Source: Lytechinus pictus (taxonomy: Eukaryota). Taken from it: a stretch of 64,000 nucleotides of DNA. The stretch spans positions 33,172,001 to 33,236,000 of the forward strand of contig NC_087245.1 in NCBI RefSeq assembly GCF_037042905.1, read 5' to 3'. Below, piece after piece: positions 38,201 to 46,193 of the stretch; the stretch's first letter is position 1; each line of letters begins with the position of its first letter. The position numbers were made by a program, and so were the translations under genes. Under the pieces are notes generated by a model. That model saw only the letters and a program-made list of their open reading frames with translations, searched no databases and had not been told where the DNA came from.

Positions 38201-38493
38201 AATCCCTGATTCCACTACATAGCAGATGTTTTAGATTGGAAGTGTCATTCGTTTTAATAATATGATACTTAATACACAGAGAAATTATACAAACAGGTGT
38301 TGTAATATGGTTATAGAACTTCATATGATCAGACCTAAGATCATAAAAGGTGAAAATTTGTATCATTTGACATTTTCATTATATACATGTATATTTTAGA
38401 TGCTAAAAAGGGAGAAAGTGGAATAAATTTGATTGAAAATTTAAGATATTGGTGACTTACCGTTGGGGACTGAGGTAGACATGTTGTCATAAC
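542..38493 (-). CDS. TNS: Tensin-family gene, partial multi-exon model (PTEN-like phosphatase domain + C2 domain + long disordered linker; continues beyond window start)
   Basis: Spliced translation gives tensin-type motifs: [127 protein letters not shown]. All introns are GT-AG with matching phases. Confidence 0.93.
1889..2160 (-). CDS. TNS: tensin linker exon (VVEARFTPRYVREV...QDAWQQ)
   Basis: CAG/GTATG boundaries, 272 nt, phase 2 to 1. Confidence 0.82.
4669..4728 (-). CDS. TNS: tensin 60-nt symmetric phase-2 exon (ILDPPPSLLEGVVEPPTVS)
   Basis: CAG/GTAGG boundaries, in phase with both neighbours. Confidence 0.7.
4810..5070. repeat. Degenerate ~110-bp tandem repeat, ~2.5 copies
   Basis: TGTGGTCTGTGCTGCATCTTCAGCAG at ~4814 and ~4924, degenerate at ~5036. 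Confidence 0.7.
6565..6701 (-). CDS. TNS: tensin linker exon (TVTNGVPQTVTTTQWRREV...EARKPR)
   Basis: CAG/GTGAGT boundaries, 137 nt, phase 0 to 2; too short for the ORF track. Confidence 0.78.
7160..7700. repeat. CACACTGT/ACAGTGTG-rich repeat related to 38815-39845
   Basis: Shares AAAATGTGATTCACACTATTAAAATGCTCAAATTTAAC. Confidence 0.75.
7793..7928. mobile_element. MITE with CAGGGGCCGCGGAA TIRs and 5-bp TSD (GCAAG)
   Basis: 14-bp perfect TIR with GCAAG on both sides; second copy at 40366. Confidence 0.9.
7958..8110 (-). CDS. TNS: tensin linker exon (ESFRQLEYLESEPW...TTGPIQ), symmetric phase 0
   Basis: CAG/GTGAG boundaries, 153 nt. Confidence 0.8.
8898..9226 (-). CDS. TNS: tensin proline-rich linker exon
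   Basis: CAG/GTAAG boundaries, 329 nt, phase 1 to 0. Confidence 0.82.
9330..9645. repeat. Degenerate GAA/purine-rich low-complexity tract
   Basis: Direct reading. Confidence 0.75.
11436..11795. mobile_element. TIR-bounded MITE
   Basis: Inverted ends CTGTCACATCTTTCTGTGCAAGC / GCTTGCATTGAAAGATGTGACAG. Confidence 0.68.
11815..11951. repeat. 35-bp tandem repeat, ~4 copies
   Basis: Unit GTTGTACATGACTTTAAATCA(C/T)AATACATTTCTCT. Confidence 0.9.
12441..12672 (-). CDS. TNS: tensin linker exon (ESEFWNRKD...TPKFPVGPRAY...HADYHL)
   Basis: CAG/GTAAA boundaries, 232 nt, phase 0 to 1; TPxFPV resembles a tensin linker motif. Confidence 0.8.
13288..13466 (-). CDS. TNS: tensin linker exon (FVDRTPPATQSRPPRR...NPGGLPRK)
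   Basis: TAG/GTTTG boundaries, 179 nt, phase 1 to 0. Confidence 0.8.
13922..16392 (-). CDS. TNS: tensin giant S/N/H-rich linker exon (~2471 nt)
   Basis: 843-aa ORF. Phase-2 TAG acceptor at 16393-16395, with an alternative 6 nt downstream. GTGAGT donor in phase 1 matches the next exon. Confidence 0.8.
16576..16815. mobile_element. MITE with TAG..CTA ends
   Basis: Inverted ends TAGAGTTGCTACTTGCGACTGTCAT / ATGACACAGTCGCAAGTAGCATCTA. Confidence 0.7.
16904..17170. mobile_element. Harbinger-like MITE
   Basis: Imperfect TIR GGGGCCTGTTTTAAAAAGAGCTGCGAT / ATTGCAACTCTTTGTAAGACAGGGCCC. Confidence 0.72.
18135..19732 (-). CDS. TNS: tensin large P/Q-rich linker exon (1598 nt)
   Basis: CAG acceptor and GTAAGT donor; covers the 519-aa ORF; phase 0 to 2. 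Confidence 0.88.
20192..20559 (-). CDS. TNS: tensin linker exon with [10 protein letters not shown] and ALDELLKGI motifs
   Basis: TAG acceptor and GTCTG donor (weak), 368 nt, phase 1 to 0. Confidence 0.85.
20867..21040 (-). CDS. TNS: tensin C2-end exon (DARFPEFTKVELIFS...[12 protein letters not shown])
   Basis: TAG/GTAGA boundaries, 174 nt. Confidence 0.92.
21340..21553. repeat. (CAT)n-type microsatellite
   Basis: Direct reading. Confidence 0.95.
21574..21703 (-). CDS. TNS: tensin C2 exon ([23 protein letters not shown]...ELDDACT)
   Basis: CAG/GTAGG boundaries, 130 nt. Confidence 0.93.
22260..22332 (-). CDS. TNS: tensin C2 exon (TVPEGTSRFVITPGRAIPLRGDIL)
   Basis: TAG/GTAAG boundaries, 73 nt; 'LxGDIL' C2 motif. 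Confidence 0.92.
22906..22966 (-). CDS. TNS: tensin C2 exon ([21 protein letters not shown])
   Basis: CAG/GTAAG boundaries, 61 nt. Confidence 0.93.
23289..23485 (-). CDS. TNS: tensin PTP/C2 junction exon (MDRHAMKRFLD...[14 protein letters not shown]...LFLHHAVIHGVPNYD)
   Basis: CAG/GTAAA boundaries, 197 nt, in phase. Confidence 0.93.
23651..23805. mobile_element. Short palindromic Harbinger-like MITE, CTG TSD
   Basis: Inverted arms AAAAGTTACCATTATGGTAACTTTGCC / GGCAAAGTTACCATAATAGTAACTTTT; CTG on both sides. Confidence 0.75.
24792..24856 (-). CDS. TNS: tensin PTP-domain exon (GGRGPIGVVVSAFMNYLSITS)
   Basis: CAG/GTAAG boundaries, 65 nt; second half of the P-loop. Confidence 0.92.
24997..25389. 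mobile_element. TIR-bounded MITE
   Basis: Inverted ends GACACTGTTCTCATTAC / GTAGTGAGAACCATGTC, with internal repeats of GAAGATCGCTT and AAACTAGTTT. Confidence 0.7.
25658..25780 (-). CDS. TNS: tensin PTP-domain exon ([28 protein letters not shown]...VVVLHCK)
   Basis: TAG/GTATG boundaries, 123 nt; contains the WPD-loop equivalent and the start of the P-loop. Confidence 0.93.
25863..26400. repeat. Compound (CAT)n/(CAC)n microsatellite with recurring CACAAACCAT subunits
   Basis: Direct reading. Confidence 0.95.
26478..26600 (+). mobile_element. 3' fragment of a related SINE/LINE tail
   Basis: CCGGGGTAATAATAATAAC..GCGCCTCGG..GGCGCTATACAAATGCCTAATATTATTATT has the same tail architecture as the SINEs. 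Confidence 0.55.
26769..26917 (-). CDS. TNS: tensin PTP-domain exon ([38 protein letters not shown]...LNQE)
   Basis: TAG/GTAAG boundaries, 149 nt, in phase. Confidence 0.93.
27536..27603 (-). CDS. TNS: tensin PTP-domain exon ([22 protein letters not shown])
   Basis: CAG/GTAAG boundaries, 68 nt, PTEN/tensin 'DLxYITERII'-type motif. Confidence 0.93.
27873..28189. mobile_element. PIF/Harbinger-like MITE, 3-bp TSD TAT
   Basis: TIR GGCCCGTATTCTGAAGTC / GACTTCAGAATACGGGCC with TAT on both sides. Confidence 0.88.
28357..28697 (-). CDS. TNS: tensin exon, S/T/P- and Q-rich pre-phosphatase segment (ISPEGKYIFGSP...QTIQTKSISI)
   Basis: TAG acceptor and GTGAGT donor, 341 nt, phase 0 to 2, open frame. 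Confidence 0.85.
31244..34582. repeat. Near-perfect tandem array X-Y-X-Y-X, period 1438 bp (X 463 bp at 31244, 32682, 34120; Y 975 bp at 31707, 33145)
   Basis: Read directly, and the spurious ORFs recur identically at +1438 offsets. X has imperfect TIRs (GGTATCACAGGCCTAAATCA / TGATTAGGCCCGTGTAACC). TGGA flanks both outer ends. Confidence 0.95.
35171..35765. mobile_element. TTAA-flanked MITE with ~200-bp inverted arms (Kolobok/piggyBac-type target)
   Basis: TTAA|AGGAGAATGAAACC...TTTCATTCCCCT|TTAA. The arms 35171-~35365 and ~35570-35765 are reverse complementary. Confidence 0.88.
36960..37313 (+). mobile_element. tRNA-derived SINE, full length
   Basis: A box TGGTGTAGTGG and B box TGTTCGAATCC, central CCTTTGGCAAGG..CACTCTCGACCCAGGTG..AAATGGGTACC core, LINE-like 3' tail TGTAAAGCGCT..AAGCGCTATATAAAA..TATTA. 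Confidence 0.88.
38461..38493 (-). CDS. TNS: tensin 33-nt microexon (VMTTCLPQSPT), phase 0-0
   Basis: Pyrimidine tract + CAG acceptor and GTAAGT donor. It joins in phase to the exon at 28697. The peptide resembles the end of the tensin C1 domain. Confidence 0.65.
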
Positions 38494-38814
38494 CTGAAGT
38501 TAAATGAGAAAGAGATAGAAAATTAAGAATACTAGATAAATTAACATAAAATTAGACAGGCTATATTAAACATTAATTGTAATTTCACATTCAAGACTTA
38601 TTGATGCTCATTTTTTGTTTAAAAACACCTGGAATTCTAAGACTTCGTGATCCCATCGAATTTGAACTTAAAAAAACAAGAGCAAAAGTAAAACTCCCAA
38701 TGAGGAAGCTTGGAGATGTTTATGAGCATTTTTAATTGTTCACCTATTGGATAATTTGTTTAATGATTAAAATAATTTAGTTGAATTTGTTGAGAGCCAT
38801 AACTCTGATATAAA

Positions 38815-39845
38815 GAACGCAGTGTGTTCAGAGTGGACTGTTTACAGTTGTGATTCAAACAATTTAGCAGTGTAAAAAAATCCCCACTGTAGACACTTCA
38901 CAGTAGGAGTGTTCACAGTCTTGCTCACTTAGGGGAGTGGAAAAATGATCCACACTGTTAAAATGCTTAAATCTAACAGTATGAAGACACTTCGACACTG
39001 TGGCCATCTCAGCACTGTGAGCGTTCATGGTGTGTTTACATTGTAGACTTTATAAAAATGTGATTCACACAGTCAAACAGATCAAATCAAACAGTGTCAA
39101 GACAATTCCACATTGTGGCCACCTCAGCACTGTGAGCGTTCATGGTGTGTTCACATTGTGGACTTTGTTAAAATTGTAATTCACTCTGTGGCCACCCCAG
39201 TAGTGTGAGCGTTCGAGGTGTGTTCACATTGTGGACTTTGTGAAAATGTGATTCACACTGTTAAACAGATCAAATCAAACAGTGCTAAGATAATTTCATA
39301 CTGTGGCCACCACAGCAGTGTGAGTGTTCACAGTGCATCCACATTGTGGACTATGTTTAGAAATGTAATTCACACTGTTAAAATGCTGAAATATAACAGT
39401 GTGAAGACATTATTCCACACTGTGGCCACCTAAGCAGTGTGAGAGTTCACAGTGTGTTCACTTAGTTGACCCTGTGAAGTGTGATGTACACTCTTAAAAG
39501 GATCAATCAAACAATGTTAAGACAATCCCATACTGGAAACCACAGCAGTGTAAGTCTTCACAGTGTGTTCACATTGTAGACTTTGTTTAGAAATGTAATG
39601 CTTAAAATGCTTGAAAATAACAGTGTGAAGACAATTCCACACTGTGCCCACCTCAGCAGTGTGAACAATCAGAGTGTGTTCTTTGTAAAAATGTGAATCA
39701 CACTGTTAAAATGCTCAAATATAAAAGTGTGAAGAAAATTCACCACAAAGTACACCTCTAAAGTGTGAATATTCAGTGTGTTCACATAGTGAACTGTGTG
39801 AAAAAATATTCACATTGCTAAAATGCTCAAATTTAACAGTTTGAC
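38815..39845. repeat. Degenerate ~120-bp minisatellite (AAAATGTGATTCACACTGTTAAAATGCT...CACACTGTGGCCAC...)
   Basis: About 8 imperfect units read by eye; same family at 7160-7700. Confidence 0.8.
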
Positions 39846-40365
39846 AATAAGTTTTCATAAGCTGTTTAAACATTGTAGAACAGAAGGACTCATTACTACA
39901 AACAAAATGAGACATACTATAAACTTTGGCCTTAGGTTTGCATCTACTAAAAGTCAGTCTGACATGATTTGGGAAAAATCTCTTTGTCAGGCATCCAAAG
40001 GAACAATGCGAATAATGGAACATTAATTTGATATTTAACATCATTTTATTATATAAGATAACAGGAAGAGGAACCTTGGCCTTGTTATGAGTTTGACGTC
40101 ATTAACCACAAGGACATTAGGATTGTAGGCGAGTAGACTACATCACAAAGAAAGGAAGTTATGGCATGGTCTAGAAAATTACCCAAGTTTGAGTACAACT
40201 CCAATCATGCAGAGAGTTTATTGCATGAACGAATGACAAATATCTTTTAAATATCACCTTTCTTCAAAACAAAATAGAGGGAAGTTACAAACAATAAAAA
40301 TAAGTCCAGGTTACTTGTTTTTTAGGACGAAGTACAGGACTAATAAAATAATTAGATACACAATA

Positions 40366-40509
40366 CAGGGGCTGCGGAACGGTTTTCAAAGTGGGGGGGG
40401 GGCTGACCATGCAAAAATCACAATCATAATGGTCATTTTTACGTTTTTGTATACGGTTTTGGAAAATAGTGGGGGGAGGCTGAAGCCCCCCCCCCTTCCG
40501 CGGCCCCTG
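40366..40509. mobile_element. Second copy of the CAGGGGC MITE, opposite orientation, 5-bp TSD (CAATA)
   Basis: Near reverse complement of 7793-7928, with CAATA on both sides. Confidence 0.9.
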
Positions 40510-42714
40510 CAATATAAAACATATAACAATCAAATTTACATAAAACGACTATACAATGGTGACTGCAGAACAGAAAATTGAAATAAGAGAAGTACAAGAA
40601 AAGCTCAAGAAAAGCTCAAGTTCATCCCCTGTCTTGTAAAGCCAGCCATAGTCAATAGACTTTGACCTTCAAGAATGAAAGTGAAATTCCTGTATGATGT
40701 CCTCATCATCAGGCAATCATCGGAAATTATAAATAGCCACAAAGAATAGCAAGCCGTGTCATTGTTAAGGAGATACATCGATGATCTAGCTTTAATTCCC
40801 TATGATGAAGAACTTCCTGACAACTTTCAAATATTTCCTAAGAATGGGTTAAAGTTTGGGCAGTTACACCAAGGAAGTCTTTCTGAAGTCTGGATTATTT
40901 CTGGAGGTACCAAGATTTTACTACTGATTTTATTTCTTCAGAGTTTAATGAGTTAAGAGGAAGGCTGCTTACTTATCATGACATATTTGTCTTTAATAAA
41001 TTGATGATTTCTCTGAGTTCTGAAATACTGGAAGAAGCTTCTAAATGATGGAATAGAGAGTGAAACTCTTAGAACTTTTAAACTAAAAGAATTCCAAAGG
41101 CAAAATGTGCAAGAACAAGATAAAATCAAAGAGCTTGACAATATCTTTCTTTTGGCAGTGACACTTCAGTCTGCATTTTAGTGACTTTCTATAAGTCAAA
41201 TAATTACAAATGTCTTAGCAATTTTTCAAACCAGATGAAAATATAAATGTTCTATGCCTCTTCTAAGTAGAAAATATGTCTCTGGTCCTATGAGATTATG
41301 CAGATTAATCTGTATTTGAACTGTAGAGCTAATGAACAAGATTGACCCAATCAATATTTTTAAAGATTTGTAATGTTAAAAAATATCTAGTCACAGACCT
41401 GTATAAAGTTCTGTAGAAAGAAGAAAAAAATTCAACACTTCAGGAAAAAAAACCCGCATTGTGCATATAACTTACACTTAAGTGTGCATTTAATGTATGC
41501 TTGTGCGGGCTTAGGCTAGACATATGATGCAGTGCCAGTCAGTACAATCCCAAACTTGATTTTCATCTACGCTCTAAAAAACTGTTTGAAGTATGAATGA
41601 TGAAGAAATAATAGTCGTAAATGCATAGTGTATCAAGAATAAAAAAAATGCCAACTGTATTGGGGTCATTATTTTCCACCTTATTCTAATACAGTAGTTC
41701 TAAAGCAATGAAATTAATTCTGATAACAGCAAAGGCATCACTGGAAATAGTAAACAGTCTAAGAGCTATATAATCACAAAAATCACCAATCGAATGGAAA
41801 TGAGAAACGCACAAAATGATTGTTTTACGAGACAGTTTGAGACTTTGACCAACAAACTTAACAAGATAAGGTCATTCTTGGAATGTAGCAATGCACAACC
41901 TAACCAATTGAAGGTCTGTTGATGAATTTCAATTGAGATCTTTGCTGGTTTATTGAAACTTTTTTGACAGCAGTTCTACTGAAACATCTGTCAGGTTTTT
42001 TTTGCATTTTGAAAGACATTTATTGTTAAGACAGACGAAAAGAGATTGAATGTGACAATATGGCTAGAGTAACAAAAGTGTCAATTTAAAACAGCCCATA
42101 GACAAAAAGGTTGCTATCATATAAGAATTTAAAGAATAACATTTGGAGATGATAAATAAATGTGTGCTTAGTCTGTTAGTCATGTGACAGATGACTATAG
42201 AATCTAGATTTGTGAGGGCCTCTTCTACTTGGGGCCTTTTTCTTCATTTTCTACTCATCACTGAGATGCAAAAGCTATTTATATGACAAACCAAAATAAA
42301 CTTTAAAACTTTATTTACATACTTGAATTTATTGATATCTGTCAATAATATTACACTGAAAATGAAAGTTCATATTTCAAGATTTTCAACCATCGACATG
42401 ATTGAAGAAAAAAATGTAATTTGTCATATGAAACATATATCATTTATGTGTAGTGTAATCTGATATTTGACTTCCGTTGACACTCTACACCAGAAGGTTA
42501 AAGGCACATTAATGAAGAACATATTATATTCATTTTCTGTCATAATATTCCTTTTATTGATCTTGTCGGCAAGGGATAAGTTATCGAGCTTGTTGCTAAG
42601 AGATTAGTAATGGATTATCAGTAAAAAAATAAAATGAGGACAATGATAGTTTATATATCCTATCTATATAAGCAGGATTAACACAAAAGTTTGAGAATCC
42701 AGAACCCTGCTTAT

Positions 42715-42778
42715 TGGATTCTGGTTTGACCGCACAACGTGTATGCACATGCTCCACTCCCTGTGGAGTATTCCAATA
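42715..42778 (-). mobile_element. SINE fragment, same family
   Basis: Reverse complement TGGAATACTCCACAGGGAGTGGAGCATGTGCATACACGTTGTGCGG matches ~37162-37208. Confidence 0.6.
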
Positions 42779-43126
42779 AAATTTTCCTTGAAATGGTCCA
42801 TCTGATTGGCAAAGACCACTGAAGGTGAATTTCTTCATAACAATTAACTATGGTTACATGTTGTGAGAATATTGCCAACACCATTATCATTGTCAGCTTC
42901 TTCATAAAAATGGATATGTTATGTGATATCTACAATTGCTCAAGCAAGACATCTTCATTGGTGCCACCCAACAATGAGGCAGTGCACACCAACCAACAAC
43001 AATATTTGTTAAACTCAAAAGAAAAAATGATAAGAATGTGACAAACCTCACAACTCATAACAACATCAACCAAGAAAATATCATCTTCTCACCTCCTGCT
43101 TCTAAAAATACACCACACTGACTTAC

Positions 43127-43180
43127 CAAATTAGGTGAGCTACTTTGGCCAAAAAAATATTTCCTAGTAAAGATATTCAT
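43127..43180 (-). CDS. candidate alternative first coding exon of tensin (MNIFTRKYFFGQSSSPNL)
   Basis: ATG-initiated 18 codons ending at a phase-0 GTAAGT donor, with an in-frame stop upstream. No homology support. Confidence 0.3.
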
Positions 43181-43457
43181 TCTTCTGGGGACATCCTTAC
43201 GCACAGCAGCCGAGATATGGGTTTGGAAATTCCAATAAAATAGTCGGTTTCCACAATTGCTCGCACCACGCTGGGTTAGGGCATGCTAAATATGAAAGCT
43301 TGCGGCAGCTCCTGGCGCTAAGCTGTCACAAGTTATTCCAGTGTCATGGCAAAATATACATTACAGTCTGCTCTGCTTGGCTGCTACAGAGCTGGATTGG
43401 TGTTTTTGACCCTGTTCACATGAAAACTTTAAGACTCCTCTCTTAAGAAGACTACCT

Positions 43458-43592
43458 TGGGGAACCTTTCATAAAACTAATAGTCATTCATTTTCACTCA
43501 CTATTGTTATAAGCTACTAGAAATCCTTGCATCTGATTGGCTAATTAGTCAGTCTAAATCACTGGGAAAACTTTTCATGAAACACTCCCCAG
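43458..43592. mobile_element. Short MITE; related copy at ~54706-54837
   Basis: Inverted GGGGA..TTTCATAAAA / TTTTCATGAAACACTCCCC ends; both loci share the core GCTACT.GAAA..CTTGCATCTGATTGGCT. Confidence 0.6.
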
Positions 43593-46145
43593 GTTGTGTG
43601 AATACAAACAAGTAATTCTAACATCTGTGAAGGGTAGAATTATTGCATCTCAATCCTAATATTTTGTAAGTTCCAAATTTGAATGTTTCTTATTTTCACA
43701 AAGAATATAGGTATGATCCAAATTTGATTATCATCTACATGGGAAATTGTACACATTTTCACTTTTAATAGAGCCATAAACACTCCATTGGCAAAACTAA
43801 TGAAAATAAGAACGAGGACAGATATTATAAAGAAGTACTTGGCCCATATTATTAACATAAATCACTTGTATAGTGTGCATGTATAATGCAAGTAAGTATA
43901 TCAGCCACTTACATTTTTCATTGACTTTTTTTTTTCAAACTGATTATCTAAATGAAAGCAATGATTCTAGGTTTTATAAATCTGCAGGTCATTTGTGTAT
44001 ATTATGCAATCATATATTTCTACTTTGATGTCTATGAATATTAACACTGACAGCTGGCCATACCAGTAGTCTCTGTAGGGAGATCTCAAATATAGAACAC
44101 TCAAACTGTTTTTCTGCTGTTCAGAGGATTGATATCACCACACTTTTAATGGACAAATTCAACAGAGGTAAAAAGAGAGAATTAGATCTATACCAGACAA
44201 AATAATGATTTTCTACCATAGAGCTGCTTCAATTATATCATCAAACACTAGGAGAGACATTAAAGACATGAGGAAACATGTAAAGCATCGCTTATCATGA
44301 GGTCATATTTGGAGATTAACACATTTTTCTCAATATATATATTTTTTTACTGTAAAATGTAAATAATCTTAAAAGCTTTCAGAGCCTGAAACATTTTCAC
44401 TGATACCTTGTATATATTGTACTGTCATGGTGTCAAAAATTAAATTCAATCAATTGCTTTTTGGATACAAGGGCAAAAAATTTGAATATAAATCAAGACC
44501 TAAAGAAAATACACTGTTACATTCAAAGTAGCCGATTTCAAAGAACATTTGGTGTCAAGTTTCCCTTTGTTGTTTTATTTTCAAAAGATTTACTGAACAA
44601 AGATTTGAAGTTTGCTTCACTGAATACTCTCTGTATCAGAAACACAGAGTCAATATACAATTTTATGGTTGACGTAACACCATTCATCAAAATGGAGTAA
44701 ATGTTTGATGAAAGAAAAATGTTTTCATGAAGTCTTTATTCCCATTATGCTTCAGTATATCTATTCAATCAAACGTAATGATTGACTGATAACAATGTCT
44801 TTTTTTTCTTCAAATGTTAATATTAGAAATTAGATTTGTGATAGCTTCTCTACTTAGGTGACAGATGTATGTTTTATATTGCTTACTACGATTAATGATC
44901 TGTTTGGATAGTCCATGCTGGATTCAATATGGATAACGCTTTTCTTTTTCATACAAAATTGCTACTTTTTTCTCTTTCTTTTTTATATGAAATTCACTTT
45001 ATAAGAAGCAACTAGTACTATTACTATAGGTGATTAATACCCATGCCCTACACCGTTACCATGGCAACCGTTTCCAATACATGGGAAAAAAATATGTCTT
45101 GCCCATTTTTACCCCAAGACCTGTGTGAGCAAAATATCATGACAATTGGTTAAATATTGATGAAGTAGTGTGAACAGCAAGACTTTGCCGAATTTTTGAT
45201 ATATTGTTACCATGGCAACACAATTTTCCACACTTGCAAAAATATGTCCTGTAGGCCTACATCTTTACTTCGAGAACAATGTGTGAGCCAAGTTTCATGA
45301 GAATTGGTTGAAAACAAGTAAGTCGAACCCATAGATTTTTACCTCATTTGGGGCCTATAATATGTTGTTACCATGGCAACACAATTTCCGATCTTCATTT
45401 GAACTATATTATTATTCCATTAGAAAGTTATTGCTGGAAATAAGAGGATAAGCTACAATATACTAAGAATCCAATATGTATACAAACATGGTGCAAGTCT
45501 TTGATAATTGATAAAACAAGGAGCATAAAAACTAAAGATAAGACAAGAAGAAGCATAAGAACTGAGAATAGTAATCTGTCACACTTTATGAGTCAAATCC
45601 CTCTATTCCACATAGCCATTATTAGACATTCCATACCTACCATCTAAAGGAATGAAACCAGTCCTCAAAAAGTTAACTATATTCTGCTGTACAAATAAAA
45701 ACTACAAGTAGTATTCCCCCGAACATCAAACCGCATCCATAACTCCAGCGACCTTTATTTTTCTAATTTGGTCTGACCCAGATTTCGTGGCAGCCCCCCT
45801 CTTTCGCCCTTGGCATTGGTGTTACTTTCGACCCCCTACACAGGCATCTTGGGGTCGCGGGGTCAAATTCCCTGTCAAGTCCTTATGTGCCTGAAATGCA
45901 GTCGCCATGACAACTGTGTTGCCAAGTTTTGATGGAGTTTTCATTTCAAGTTTCATAACATGGATTTGGTGGGATTACTGCTGGAATAACGTGTGTTAAC
46001 AGCTTGGCTGTGTTAGAATCACTGTACTAGTAGAAATGGACCCAAGCAAGGTACAATTCTGAAGTTACAAACAATTTCAAAGGCGGTTTTAGAAGATATA
46101 AATGAAAATATACAGGAAAATTGAAATGCACTTTGAATCATTTAC

Positions 46146-46193
46146 CTTGTAGCAGTTGAGTTTCCATGCAAGATGTTTCACTTCTTTAGCCAT
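46146..46193 (-). CDS. candidate alternative first coding exon of tensin (MAKEVKHLAWKLNCYK)
   Basis: AACATGG start context, 16 codons, phase-0 AAG|GTAAA donor. No homology support. Confidence 0.3.
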
